DNA of 64,000 nucleotides from Oscillospiraceae bacterium (GCA_015064625.1 SVRW01000003.1:19996-83995), one strand, 5' to 3'; positions 38,750 to 48,561 are shown, numbered from the stretch's first letter. Notes: generated by a model from the sequence alone, not told the origin. Translations and numbers: made by a program.

Positions 38750-39874
38750 ATGTTCGGACTTATGCTGACGCCTTTATTTGTATGTATCGGCTTTTATCTG
38801 TATTTTTTTATAAAGAGAATTTATAAAACCTTTTCAAAAAAAGCGTTTTCGAGAAAAAACAAAATAATAATTTCTGCCATTTCATCCTTTCTTGCTGTTT
38901 TTTGTTATTCTGTTTCGGGAATTTACGTTGTTTTTATTCTTCATCTTGTGTTTATTTCAGCATTTTTCATGCTGTGTAATTTTTTGATAAAGAAGGTATT
39001 CGGAGAAAAATACGAAAAAGGCTTCAATGCATGGAAGAAAATTCATGGAAGCGGAGCTTTGGCGGTTGTTCTCACAGTAGGAATACTTACTGTGGGATAC
39101 GTAAATATGCATAACGTTGTAAAAACGGAATATGAAATTAAAACGGATAAGAATATAAGAGATGAGGGATACAGAATCGCCCTTCTGGCAGACGTTCATT
39201 TCGGAGTTTCTCTTGATGAAAAGGAGCTTTTTGAAGTTTGCGAAAGAGTAAGCGGAGATAATCCTGACGTGGTTATTCTTTGCGGTGATATCGTTGATGA
39301 CGATACCTCGGCTTCAGAGATGAAAACTGTTTTTGAAATTCTCGGAAAGATAAAAAGCAAATATGGAATCTTTTACGTTTACGGAAATCATGACAGACCC
39401 TTTTCCATGGTTTCTTCCGATTATACGGAGGACGAATTGGTTCAAGCCATAAATTCAAACGGAATTAAAATTTTGAAGGATGAGGTTTATTCCATAAATA
39501 ACGAATTATTCATAGTGGGCAGAGACGACGTTGGTTTTGACGCACATCCAAGAAAAAGTATAAAGAGTTTAATCGAAAATACGGACGAAAATGGCTTTGT
39601 TCTCACTCTTGACCATCGCCCGACGGAATATAAAGAAAATGGGGAAGCAGGAACAGATTTACTTCTTTCGGGACATACACATGGCGGACAAATCTGGCCT
39701 GTTAATCTGATAGATAAGGCTTTTAAAATAAACGATGCAAATTATGGTTTAGTAAAAATTGATGAAGATACAAATGCTATTGTTACGTCAGGCGTTGCAG
39801 GTTGGGCTTATCCCGTCAAAACCTCTGCTCCTGCTGAATACGTTATAATAGACGTGTCGACCGGTAATAAATAA
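38750..39874 (+). CDS. membrane-anchored metallophosphoesterase
   Basis: N-terminal TMs; DVH, GD, GNHD and GHTHGGQ. Confidence 0.9.
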   Translation: MFGLMLTPLFVCIGFYLYFFIKRIYKTFSKKAFSRKNKIIISAISSFLAVFCYSVSGIYVVFILHLVFISAFFMLCNFLIKKVFGEKYEKGFNAWKKIHGSGALAVVLTVGILTVGYVNMHNVVKTEYEIKTDKNIRDEGYRIALLADVHFGVSLDEKELFEVCERVSGDNPDVVILCGDIVDDDTSASEMKTVFEILGKIKSKYGIFYVYGNHDRPFSMVSSDYTEDELVQAINSNGIKILKDEVYSINNELFIVGRDDVGFDAHPRKSIKSLIENTDENGFVLTLDHRPTEYKENGEAGTDLLLSGHTHGGQIWPVNLIDKAFKINDANYGLVKIDEDTNAIVTSGVAGWAYPVKTSAPAEYVIIDVSTGNK

Positions 39875-39921
39875 AAAAAATCTGCATATACTTTTTTTAA
39901 ATGATAAAAGAGGTATATGCA

Positions 39922-40449
39922 ATGAAAAAAAAGTTGTTTCTCTGGCAATTATCTGGTTTTTTATTCACCTGTATACTTGGAACGTTGCTTCATTTTGTTT
40001 ATGATTGGAGCGGAGAAAACGTTGTTGCCGCTGTTTTTTCTGGAATTAACGAATCAACGTGGGAACATATGAAAATCCTTTTCGTCCCGATGTTCTTTTT
40101 TGCCTTGGTGGAAAAGCATCTTTTGTGTGACCCACCCGAAAATTATTGGTGTGTAAAGCTTAAAGGAATATTTCTTGGACTTTTTATGATCCCCTTTTTA
40201 TTTTACACTTATAACGGAGTGATTGGAACTTCTCCTGCTTGGGTGAATATCGTTATTTTCTACGTGTCTGCATTTTCAGCATATTTTTATGAACAACGCC
40301 TTTTCCAGAAAGGAAAACCTTGTTGTTTTTCTCAAACTATGGCGTTTTCATTTATCTGTATTATCGCCTTGGCGTTTTTAATCTTTACCTTTGTTCAGCC
40401 ACCCCTTGAAATATTCAGAGACCCTGTGACAGGTTCCTTTGGAAGATAA
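39922..40449 (+). CDS. DUF6512-like membrane protein
   Basis: GTLLHF.Y.W, NESTWEHMK and IFRDP; ATG after GAGG. Confidence 0.7.
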   Translation: MKKKLFLWQLSGFLFTCILGTLLHFVYDWSGENVVAAVFSGINESTWEHMKILFVPMFFFALVEKHLLCDPPENYWCVKLKGIFLGLFMIPFLFYTYNGVIGTSPAWVNIVIFYVSAFSAYFYEQRLFQKGKPCCFSQTMAFSFICIIALAFLIFTFVQPPLEIFRDPVTGSFGR

Positions 40450-40598
40450 AATTATCATATATTGAATTTTTATAAGTCTTAACATCAGCTTTTGTTCCCG
40501 CAAGCTTTCAAATAATAAAGAGATAGGGCAGTATTAAACGATTAACGTTCAATACTGCCCGCTTTGATCTCAATGGAAAAAGTCACAAGATATGTATC

Positions 40599-40826
40599 TT
40601 AGTCTTTTTTATATCCAATGTTTTTTTCTTTTGCAGGGTCAAAGGTTAAGTTGCAGATAGAAGCAACAAGACCGTAAATTCCAAACGTTATCATTGTAAG
40701 GAATAAATAACAGCCTGTTCTTGATGTGAATCCCTCGGGTTTAAGAGATGTATGGTTAATTATGATACTACCAATCCATCCCAAGAAAAAAGTTAAAAGA
40801 AAACGAACCAACTTGTTGTTATCCAT
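40599..40826 (-). CDS. small two-TM hypothetical protein
   Basis: RBS AAGGAGGAG; own TTGACA-N17-TATTAT promoter; hairpin at 40527-40560. Confidence 0.7.
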   Translation of the reverse strand: MDNNKLVRFLLTFFLGWIGSIIINHTSLKPEGFTSRTGCYLFLTMITFGIYGLVASICNLTFDPAKEKNIGYKKD

Positions 40827-40962
40827 TGTGTGCTCCTCCTTCTTTAATATGTTGAACATATAATACAACATTTTTCTACAAATGTCAATAGTTTTTTACA
40901 ATACATCCATTATTTTCAAGGCGTTTTTAACGAAAAAACGCTTAATATTTGTTATTCTAAAA

Positions 40963-41466
40963 TCATTTGCTTTGATTTGGTTCTTTCAAAAGTTCTGACG
41001 GCAAATAACGGCTGATAAATTCAGCCCATTCTTCATTGTCACATCCATAATGGTTTGTATCGGTCACCTGTCCGCTGGAATTGTAAGCTTCACCGTATCC
41101 GTGAGAAGAAATAAGCAGATACGTTCCATCTGTGTTATTTATTCTTGCAACCCAATCGCCATAATTGAAGCTTGGGTCAACTGCCGCAAGGATTATGAGT
41201 ATATGATCGGAAAATTGAATATCTGCAAGATCGTCCAAAAAATCTTTAAGCTTTTCATCAGGCAAGGTGTAAACAGGTTCTTCATTTTTCAGAAAAGTAC
41301 TGTCTGTAGTTTCGCATTCGCGTAGATCGTAAATCATAATGGAAGATACGTTTTCCGAGTTAATATCGTCGTAACGCTTGTAACGAGGTATTATGATACA
41401 GCTGGTGAGTGAAACAAGCATCAATAAAATTAACGTTGTTGCTAAAATAAATTTGTATATCTTCAT
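40963..41466 (-). CDS. hypothetical lipoprotein
   Basis: signal peptide with LTSC lipobox. Confidence 0.7.
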   Translation of the reverse strand: MKIYKFILATTLILLMLVSLTSCIIIPRYKRYDDINSENVSSIMIYDLRECETTDSTFLKNEEPVYTLPDEKLKDFLDDLADIQFSDHILIILAAVDPSFNYGDWVARINNTDGTYLLISSHGYGEAYNSSGQVTDTNHYGCDNEEWAEFISRYLPSELLKEPNQSK

Positions 41467-41575
41467 TTTATTCCCCCTGTGTCAAAAAAATGAGATTTTT
41501 CAATGAAATGGTACTCTCTTCATTTACAGTCTAACACAATAGAACGTTCTTGTCAATAAATTCGTAAGATTTTCA

Positions 41576-42028
41576 TTATAAAATTTTTCCTATGCTAAAA
41601 ATGTGTTTTTTTCTTCTTTTGGCGTGAACGTAAGCTTGATATGCTCCGCCTGTTTTGTGGTCGATGCAGGCTATAACGTAGTCTGCCTGCTCCACCATAT
41701 ATTTATTTCTGTAGCTTATGGCAAACCTTAAAGGCTTGTCTTCAATTTCGGGATAGAGAATTGAGTCAAATCTGTCTTTTTGATATGAAAGATGATTATT
41801 TTGGTATTCGGGCGTTATATAAGGGGTTACAAAAATGAGGGAAACAGCAGGATGATTTTCCTTATACTTTTTACAACATTCGTATGCAAATTCGTCAAAA
41901 CCGCCATACTCTCCCAAATACATCTCCGCTTTACTGTCCCCGACCTTTTCTTCGAGAAAATCAAGGATTTTTTTCATGTCTTCCGCATTGCCCTTGTAAT
42001 GAGAATGTCCACAAAACGTAATTATCAT
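41576..42028 (-). CDS. SLOG-superfamily protein (YpsA/DUF1273-like)
   Basis: ITFCGH, GxxGGFD, RNKYMVEQADYVIA and GGA..A..A. Confidence 0.75.
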   Translation of the reverse strand: MIITFCGHSHYKGNAEDMKKILDFLEEKVGDSKAEMYLGEYGGFDEFAYECCKKYKENHPAVSLIFVTPYITPEYQNNHLSYQKDRFDSILYPEIEDKPLRFAISYRNKYMVEQADYVIACIDHKTGGAYQAYVHAKRRKKHIFSIGKIL

Positions 42029-42054
42029 GTAAGTCTCCTTTGCTAAAAAATTGC

Positions 42055-42346
42055 AAAAAAAAATGCGCCGACCGAAATCAGCGCATAAAAACGCAAATTC
42101 CAGTTGTCGCCAAACAAACTATATACAGTCAGAGTCATCCTTTAGACAAAAGCCTTTTTAGGACACTATCAACACTGCGGAATTTGCATTTTATCAAATC
42201 CATTTGTTAATAGTGTAGACATCTAACATGTAAAATATACGGTGTGTGCTTTGTAAAGGAGAAATTTGTTCATGGAGAGAATATTAAAACAAAGAAACGT
42301 CTATGAACAAAAACTCATTAACTGTATATATTTAGTTTGTTTGGCA
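42055..42346 (-). ncRNA. candidate structured ncRNA or attenuator leader
   Basis: perfect promoter upstream, two long crossing helices, internal hairpins, UUCG terminator + U-tract; G-U pairs favour the minus strand. Confidence 0.6.
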
Positions 42347-42351
42347 AAGTC

Positions 42352-42380
42352 ATTATACTACGTCTTTTTGGAAATGTCAA
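42352..42380 (-). promoter_or_regulatory. consensus sigmaA promoter
   Basis: TTGACA-N17-TATAAT on the minus strand. Confidence 0.85.
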
Positions 42381-42494
42381 GATGAAATATGAGTTTTGTT
42401 TCAAGCATTTTATTTCAAGCGTTGACTTTAAATTGATATTATGATATATAATATACATATATATTTTGATTTACAATATTAAACGGGGTGTAAT

Positions 42495-43877
42495 ATGACA
42501 AGTACGGAAATAGAAAAGCTTGTTGAAAAACAGAGGGAATATTACAGAAGCGGAGCGACTATTCCTGTTTCCTTTCGTGTAGAGCAGTTGAAGAAATTGT
42601 ATAACGCAGTTAAAAAATACGAAAGTGAAATAAACGAAGGGTTATATAAAGATTTGGGAAAAAGCTCTTTCGAAGGTTTTATGTGCGAAGTGGGGCTTGT
42701 TTTATCAGAAATATCTTTTTTGCTTAAAAATATAAAGAAATTTGCAAAGAGAAAAAGGGTTCATACCCCTTTGGCTCAGTTTGCTTCCCGTAGCTTTATA
42801 CAGCCAATTCCTTATGGAAATACTCTTATTATGAGCCCGTGGAATTATCCTTTCCTTCTGACAGTAGAGCCTCTTGCTGATGCAATTGCGGCAGGAAATA
42901 CTGCCGTGGTGAAGCCGAGTGCATATTCCCCCGCAACAAGTGGTGTGGTTCAAAAGATAATAACGGAGTGTTTTCCGCCTGAATACGTTGCAGTTGTAAC
43001 AGGGGGAAGAAACGAAAATTCCGCTTTGCTAGAGCAGAAGTTTGATTTTGTGTTCTTTACAGGAAGCAAATCTGTGGGAAAAGAGGTTTTGAGGAATACA
43101 GCAGAGCATTTAACACCAACGGTTCTTGAGTTGGGTGGTAAAAGTCCTTGTATTGTGGATAAAACTGCAGATATAAGTCTGGCTGCAAAGCGCATTGTGT
43201 TTGGGAAATATCTGAACTGCGGACAGACTTGCGTTGCCCCTGATTACATTCTTTGCGATAAATCCGTAAAGGATGAATTTGTATCTCAGGTTGTAAAGCA
43301 AATAAAACTCCAATACGGAGAAAAACCTCTTGAAAATAAAAATTACGGTAAGATAATAAGCGAAAAGCATTTTTCGAGAATTTGTTCATTGATTGATAAA
43401 AGCAAGGTGGTTTTTGGCGGTGATATAAATGAGAAATCTCTTCAAATTGCCCCTACGGTTATGGATAACGTAACTGAAAATGATGCAGTAATGAGAGAGG
43501 AAATTTTCGGGCCTTTGATGCCTGTTCTCACCTTTGATAACTTTGATTCTGTTGTAGATGAGCTTAAATTAAAGGAAAAGCCTTTGGCTTTATATCTTTT
43601 CACAAACGATAAAAACCATAAAAAACGAGTTGTCCGTGAGATTTCGTATGGGGGCGGATGCATTAACGACGTAATAATTCATCTTGCCACAACTGAAATG
43701 GGATTTGGAGGCGTTGGTGAAAGCGGCATGGGAAGCTATCATGGAAAAGCGGGCTTCGATGCTTTTTCCCATTATAAATCCGTTGTTGACAAAAAAACGT
43801 GGATAGATTTACCAATGAGGTATTCTCCATATGAGGGAAAAATGTATGAGAAGCTTTTGCATATTTTTTTGAAGTGA
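42495..43877 (+). CDS. aldehyde dehydrogenase (ALDH3/YwdH-like)
   Basis: PWNYP, FTGS, LELGGKSP, GQTC and EEIFGP. Confidence 0.95.
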   Translation: MTSTEIEKLVEKQREYYRSGATIPVSFRVEQLKKLYNAVKKYESEINEGLYKDLGKSSFEGFMCEVGLVLSEISFLLKNIKKFAKRKRVHTPLAQFASRSFIQPIPYGNTLIMSPWNYPFLLTVEPLADAIAAGNTAVVKPSAYSPATSGVVQKIITECFPPEYVAVVTGGRNENSALLEQKFDFVFFTGSKSVGKEVLRNTAEHLTPTVLELGGKSPCIVDKTADISLAAKRIVFGKYLNCGQTCVAPDYILCDKSVKDEFVSQVVKQIKLQYGEKPLENKNYGKIISEKHFSRICSLIDKSKVVFGGDINEKSLQIAPTVMDNVTENDAVMREEIFGPLMPVLTFDNFDSVVDELKLKEKPLALYLFTNDKNHKKRVVREISYGGGCINDVIIHLATTEMGFGGVGESGMGSYHGKAGFDAFSHYKSVVDKKTWIDLPMRYSPYEGKMYEKLLHIFLK

Positions 43878-43900
43878 CGAAAATTTTTTTGGAAAACCTA

Positions 43901-44211
43901 TTGACAAATCAAATTTGTGGTAGTATAATACCATCAAGATTTGAATATCACAAAAACAACTGTGACGAAGACGGTCGGAACGTTGAATCTCCAGAGAGTT
44001 GGCGGATGCTGCGAGCCAATGATGAAACTTTCTATATGACCCATCACTTCTGAGTTGAAGGACCGAAAGCTTTTGGCAAGTAGACTCCTTCCGTAATGCT
44101 GCGTTAAAGCAAAGAACTTGTTTGAGTTCGTAAAGTGGCGATTTTTTCGCAATTTGAGTGGTACCGCGGGTTGAACAACTCGTCTCAAAGAAATTTGAGA
44201 CGAGTTTTTTT
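43901..44211 (+). promoter_or_regulatory. sigmaA promoter + T-box riboswitch, probable Ile (AUC) specifier
   Basis: TTGACA-N17-TATAAT; AGAGA and GCTG stem I loops; AGTA box; AATTTGAGTGGTACCGCG T-box; terminator 44177-44211; ATC at 44043-44045. Confidence 0.9.
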
Positions 44212-44272
44212 GTCTTATTCAAAGCTGCAAAATATCTTTATGATTAAATGGCAGAAATGAAAGGAGTCAAAA

Positions 44273-46573
44273 ATGGATTACAGTTTGAAAGAAGTCGCAG
44301 GCAGAATCAAAGGTCTGCGAGAAGCAAAAGGATTTTCCCCTGAGGAGCTTGCAAAGCTTACGGGCGTATCTGTGGAGGATTATAAAATCCTTGAAGAAGG
44401 CGAAACAGATTTCAGCTTCACGTTTATTTATAAATGTGCAAAAGCTTGCGGAGTTGAGGTTGTAGACCTTCTTGAAGGAACAAGTACAACACTTTCTTCC
44501 TTCGCGATTACGAGAAAGGGAGAGGGACTTAAAATCGTTAAGAAGCAGGGTGTTGTTTATAATAACCTTGCACCTAAATTCAAGGATAAGCTTGCAGAAC
44601 CTTTTTTGGTTAAGTTCCCTTATATTCCTGAAGAACAGAACGCTCCCATGAAGCTCAATTCTCATAACGGTCAGGAATTTGACGTTATCGTGAAAGGCTC
44701 TCTCAAGGTTCAGATAGGTTCTCACGTTGATATTCTCAACGAGGGCGATTCGATTTTCTATAACAGTATCATTCCACACGGTATGATAGCTGCAAGTGAA
44801 GGCGGCTGTGAATTTCACGCTGTTGTTCTCAACCCACAGGAAGGTAACGTAAGCGAGGAGTACCCCGAAGCACCTTTTATCGCTTCAAAAACATCGAAAG
44901 TGCACGATGAGGGAGAAGGTACTGTTGCTGATGCGTTTGTGGAATCTTCTTATGATGAAAACGGTGTTTTCAATGGTATTACCTTCAAAAACGAGGATAA
45001 ATTCAATTTTGCTTTTGATTGCGTTGATGAAATTGCAAAAAAGAATCCCGATAAGCTTGCTATGATGTGGGTTGCCAACGACAAAACTGAACGCAGATTT
45101 ACTTTCAGCGATATGAAAAAGTATTCTGCAAAAACGGCAAACTACTTTGAATCCCTTGGAATTAAACGCGGCGATACGGTTATGCTCGTTCTTAAACGTC
45201 ATTATCAGTTCTGGTTCTGTATGCTCGCTCTCCATAAGATTGGAGCTATAGCGATTCCTGCAACTAACCAGCTTGTTGAGCATGATTTCGTATATAGATA
45301 TAAGGCTGCAGGAGTTAAAGCTATTGTTTGTACTGCTGACGGAGACGTTTCCGTTGAAGCAGAAAAGGCGGCGGCAGAATTCCCCGAAATGCTTAAAATC
45401 CTTGTTGGCGGTAAGAAGGACGGCTGGCATGATTTCAACGTGGAAATGGAACGTTTCAGCACGCATTTCTACAGAAATGAAAATTCTCCTTGCGGTAACG
45501 ACCCTATGCTCATGCTCTTTACATCTGGAACAACAGGCTATCCTCGTATTGCAACCCATTCTTATAAATACGCATTAGGTCATTATCCAACTGCGAAGCA
45601 TTGGCATAACGTTGACCCCAACGGACTCCATTTCACAATTTCCGATACGGGTTGGGGTAAGGCTCTTTGGGGCAAGCTTTATGGTCAATGGCTCTGCGAA
45701 GCGGGTGTTTTCACCTATGACTTCGACAGATTCCATCCCGATGATATTCTTCCGCTTTTCAAGAAATACGGTATAACTACGTTCTGTGCTCCTCCTACAA
45801 TGTATAGATTCTTTATTAAAGAGGATTTGTCAAAATACGACCTTTCTTCTATAAAGTATGCGACTACAGCAGGTGAAGCTCTTAACCCCGAGGTATATAA
45901 TCAGTTCTATAAGGCAACGGGACTTAAAATTATGGAAGGCTTCGGACAGACCGAAACAACGCTTTCCATTGCGAACTTTGTAGGCTCAACGCCTAAAATC
46001 GGTTCAATGGGTAAACCAAGTCCTCTTTACGACGTTGTTGTTCTTGATCCCGATGGAAACGAATGTAAAACGGGTGATACGGGCGAAATCTGTATTCGCA
46101 CAAAGGACGGTGCTCCTTGCGGTCTTTTCATTGGATATTATCTTGATGAAGAAAAGACAAAAGACGTTTGGCACGATGGCTTCTATCATACAGGCGACCA
46201 GGCTACTATGGACGAAGATGGTTATCTCTGGTACGTTGGACGTATTGACGACGTAATCAAATCCTCTGGCTACCGTATAGGACCTTTCGAAATCGAAAGC
46301 GTTATCATGGAGCTTCCTTACGTTCTTGAATGTGCTATAACTGCCGTTCCTGACGAAGTTCGCGGTCAGATAGTAAAGGCAACGATTGTTCTCACTAAGG
46401 GAACAGAAGGCACAGACGCCTTGAAAAAGGAAATTCAGGAATACGTAAAGACCCATACAGCACCTTATAAATACCCAAGAATTGTTGAGTTCGTTTCCGA
46501 GCTTCCCAAAACCATAAGCGGTAAGGTAAGACGTGTAGAAATAAGAAATAACGATTTGAAAAAGAATAATTAA
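44273..46573 (+). CDS. XRE-HTH/cupin fused to a short/medium-chain acyl-CoA synthetase
   Basis: N-terminal HTH, cupin (HNGQEF, PHGM), FTSGTTG, GFGQTE, GRIDD and LPKTISGK. Confidence 0.92.
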   Translation: MDYSLKEVAGRIKGLREAKGFSPEELAKLTGVSVEDYKILEEGETDFSFTFIYKCAKACGVEVVDLLEGTSTTLSSFAITRKGEGLKIVKKQGVVYNNLAPKFKDKLAEPFLVKFPYIPEEQNAPMKLNSHNGQEFDVIVKGSLKVQIGSHVDILNEGDSIFYNSIIPHGMIAASEGGCEFHAVVLNPQEGNVSEEYPEAPFIASKTSKVHDEGEGTVADAFVESSYDENGVFNGITFKNEDKFNFAFDCVDEIAKKNPDKLAMMWVANDKTERRFTFSDMKKYSAKTANYFESLGIKRGDTVMLVLKRHYQFWFCMLALHKIGAIAIPATNQLVEHDFVYRYKAAGVKAIVCTADGDVSVEAEKAAAEFPEMLKILVGGKKDGWHDFNVEMERFSTHFYRNENSPCGNDPMLMLFTSGTTGYPRIATHSYKYALGHYPTAKHWHNVDPNGLHFTISDTGWGKALWGKLYGQWLCEAGVFTYDFDRFHPDDILPLFKKYGITTFCAPPTMYRFFIKEDLSKYDLSSIKYATTAGEALNPEVYNQFYKATGLKIMEGFGQTETTLSIANFVGSTPKIGSMGKPSPLYDVVVLDPDGNECKTGDTGEICIRTKDGAPCGLFIGYYLDEEKTKDVWHDGFYHTGDQATMDEDGYLWYVGRIDDVIKSSGYRIGPFEIESVIMELPYVLECAITAVPDEVRGQIVKATIVLTKGTEGTDALKKEIQEYVKTHTAPYKYPRIVEFVSELPKTISGKVRRVEIRNNDLKKNN

Positions 46574-46578
46574 AGCTG

Positions 46579-46619
46579 AAAGGGCTGTTGCACTAACAAA
46601 TTTGGTTCAACAGCCCTTT
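46579..46619 (+). terminator. hairpin/terminator
   Basis: AAAGGGCTGTTG...CAACAGCCCTTT. Confidence 0.7.
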
Positions 46620-46710
46620 GGCATTAGGCAGGAGGCGGGACACGGGGACGGGGTCGAAGACCTGCTTCTCTGTCCTGCACAGCAGGATTTAGAATCGTCC
46701 CCTGTGCCGT
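46620..46710. repeat. REP-like palindromic element (copy 2)
   Basis: near-identical core to 23209-23283; ACACGGGGACG...CGTCCCCTGTG arms. Confidence 0.8.
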
Positions 46711-46741
46711 GGAAAAACATTGATATAAGTTATTATTCGCG

Positions 46742-46858
46742 TCAGCACACAATGTGCTAACATTTTACCTTAAAAAAATTTAAAAATGAAAATCTGTAAA
46801 AATGTTGATTTTTCAGCTAAAAAAGCATATAATTATATTCAGCACACAGAGTGCTGAA
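46742..46858 (+). promoter_or_regulatory. promoter flanked by two palindromic operators TCAGCAC-N5-GTGCTRA
   Basis: operators at 46742-46760 and 46839-46857; TTGATT-N17-TATAAT at 46805-46833. Confidence 0.7.
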
Positions 46859-46884
46859 AAACTTTTCTTTTGAAAGGAAAGATT

Positions 46885-48561
46885 ATGACTATATACGAAC
46901 AGTTTTTACAGATGGGGCATAAAGTTCCGCAGGTTCACGACTTCAGGCACCTTGTTTACAGCAGTGCAAAACGTTTTGGAAACAAGAATGCCTTTGTTCT
47001 CCGTGACAGAAACGTTTCCTATTTTGAATTTTGCCTTGAATATAAATATTTAACAACGTATTTTTTGTCTTGTGGCTTGAAGAATAAGAGAATTGCTGTT
47101 GTTGGCGCAAACAGTTACGGCTGGATTCTCGCTTATTTAGCTGCATCAACGGTTGGTGTTTCCGTTCCCATAGATAAGGAATTGTCTTCCGAGGATATTC
47201 TCAATTTTATGAATGAGGCAGAGTGTTCTTTGGTTGTTGGAGATTCGAGCATTTTAAAGGGCCTTGAAACCGATGCTCGAAAAATTGCGTTTTGTGAAAA
47301 TAAACAAGGCTTTGACGTTCTTCCAAAATTGATAAAAAAGGGCGAAAAGCTTTATACCGACGGCTTTCGTGAAATAGACAGCATGAAAATAGATGCAGAA
47401 AAAATGAGCATTCTTATTTTTACGTCGGGAACCACAGGCAATTCAAAAGGCGTTTGCCTTTCTCAAAAGAATATCTGTGCCAATATTAACCAAACTGCAA
47501 AAATGGTTAAAATTGATGATTTACATTCCCTTTCTGTGTTACCGTTGCATCATACCTATGAAACAACTTTAGGTCATATGCTTCTTTTATCAGGTGGGGC
47601 TTGCATATCTTATTCAGACGGACTTCGTTACGTTGCGAAAAATATTTCGGAATACAGACCGAGCGTACTTATTGTCGTACCGTTGCTTCTTGAATTTATT
47701 CTGCGTAGAATTGAAACTTCCATAAGAGAATCCCTGCCGATAAAGCTTTTACTTCCCGAAGGAGCTTCCGTTTCTGAAATTATCGCTCATTTGCCGTTCC
47801 CAATTCGCTTCATAGTAAAAAAGAAAGTAAAGAAGAGCCTTGGAGGAAGACTCAGACTTCTCATAGTAGGAGCTGCTCCCATAAAGCCTGAAACGATAGA
47901 GGCTTTTCAAGCCTTGGGAATTGCAACCTACCAAGGATACGGGCTTACGGAATGCTCACCTCTACTTGCGGGAAATAACGATTTCTTTGTTAATCCTGCT
48001 GCGGTTGGTCTTCCCATACATGGAGTAGAGATAAAGATTGAAAATCCTAATGATGAGGGTGTAGGTGAGGTTATTGCTAAAGGCGATAACATTATGCTTG
48101 GCTATTTCAATGACCCTGAAGAAACTGCAAAAGTAATGCGAGGAGGATATTTTCACACGGGTGATATGGGGAGAATCGACGAAGACGGATTCTTGTATCT
48201 TACGGGACGATGCAAAAGCGTTATCGTTACACAAAACGGGAAAAATATTTACCCTGAGGAACTTGAAGAAAGACTTTGCTCTGAACGTTTTATTGCTGAG
48301 GCTCTTGTCCTTGGTGTTGATAATGAAAAGGGCGGAGTTGCGGTAAAGGCTAAAATCTATCCATTTATGGACAAATTAAAGGAAGAATATGGAAAAGAAC
48401 CCTCAAAAGAGGAAATCAAAAAAACAATTTCAGAGCTTGTTGAAAAAATTAACGATAAGCTCCCGTCATATAAAAAAATAACAGTTCTTGAAATTGTTGA
48501 AGAAGCCTTTGAAAAAACAACCACGAAAAAAATAAAGAGATTCGGAAATAATATTTTATAG
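46885..48561 (+). CDS. long-chain acyl-CoA ligase (AMP-binding)
   Basis: FTSGTTG, LPLHH, GYGLTE, TGD and GKNIYPEE. Confidence 0.92.
   Translation: MTIYEQFLQMGHKVPQVHDFRHLVYSSAKRFGNKNAFVLRDRNVSYFEFCLEYKYLTTYFLSCGLKNKRIAVVGANSYGWILAYLAASTVGVSVPIDKELSSEDILNFMNEAECSLVVGDSSILKGLETDARKIAFCENKQGFDVLPKLIKKGEKLYTDGFREIDSMKIDAEKMSILIFTSGTTGNSKGVCLSQKNICANINQTAKMVKIDDLHSLSVLPLHHTYETTLGHMLLLSGGACISYSDGLRYVAKNISEYRPSVLIVVPLLLEFILRRIETSIRESLPIKLLLPEGASVSEIIAHLPFPIRFIVKKKVKKSLGGRLRLLIVGAAPIKPETIEAFQALGIATYQGYGLTECSPLLAGNNDFFVNPAAVGLPIHGVEIKIENPNDEGVGEVIAKGDNIMLGYFNDPEETAKVMRGGYFHTGDMGRIDEDGFLYLTGRCKSVIVTQNGKNIYPEELEERLCSERFIAEALVLGVDNEKGGVAVKAKIYPFMDKLKEEYGKEPSKEEIKKTISELVEKINDKLPSYKKITVLEIVEEAFEKTTTKKIKRFGNNIL

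Noticed and set aside
42272-42385. 37-aa plus-strand ORF with an AAGGAG RBS antisense to the candidate RNA (possible type I toxin)
   Set aside because: It runs through the minus-strand promoter, has no clear promoter or terminator, and its hydrophobicity is explained by AT-richness; not excluded, but unsupported
43809-44222. Minus-strand ORFs of 137 and 84 aa
   Set aside because: They overlap the T-box leader and are spurious
46742-46858. CIRCE (HrcA) element
   Set aside because: Half-sites resemble TTAGCACTC/GAGTGCTAA, but the spacer is 1 nt instead of 9 and the gene is not a chaperone
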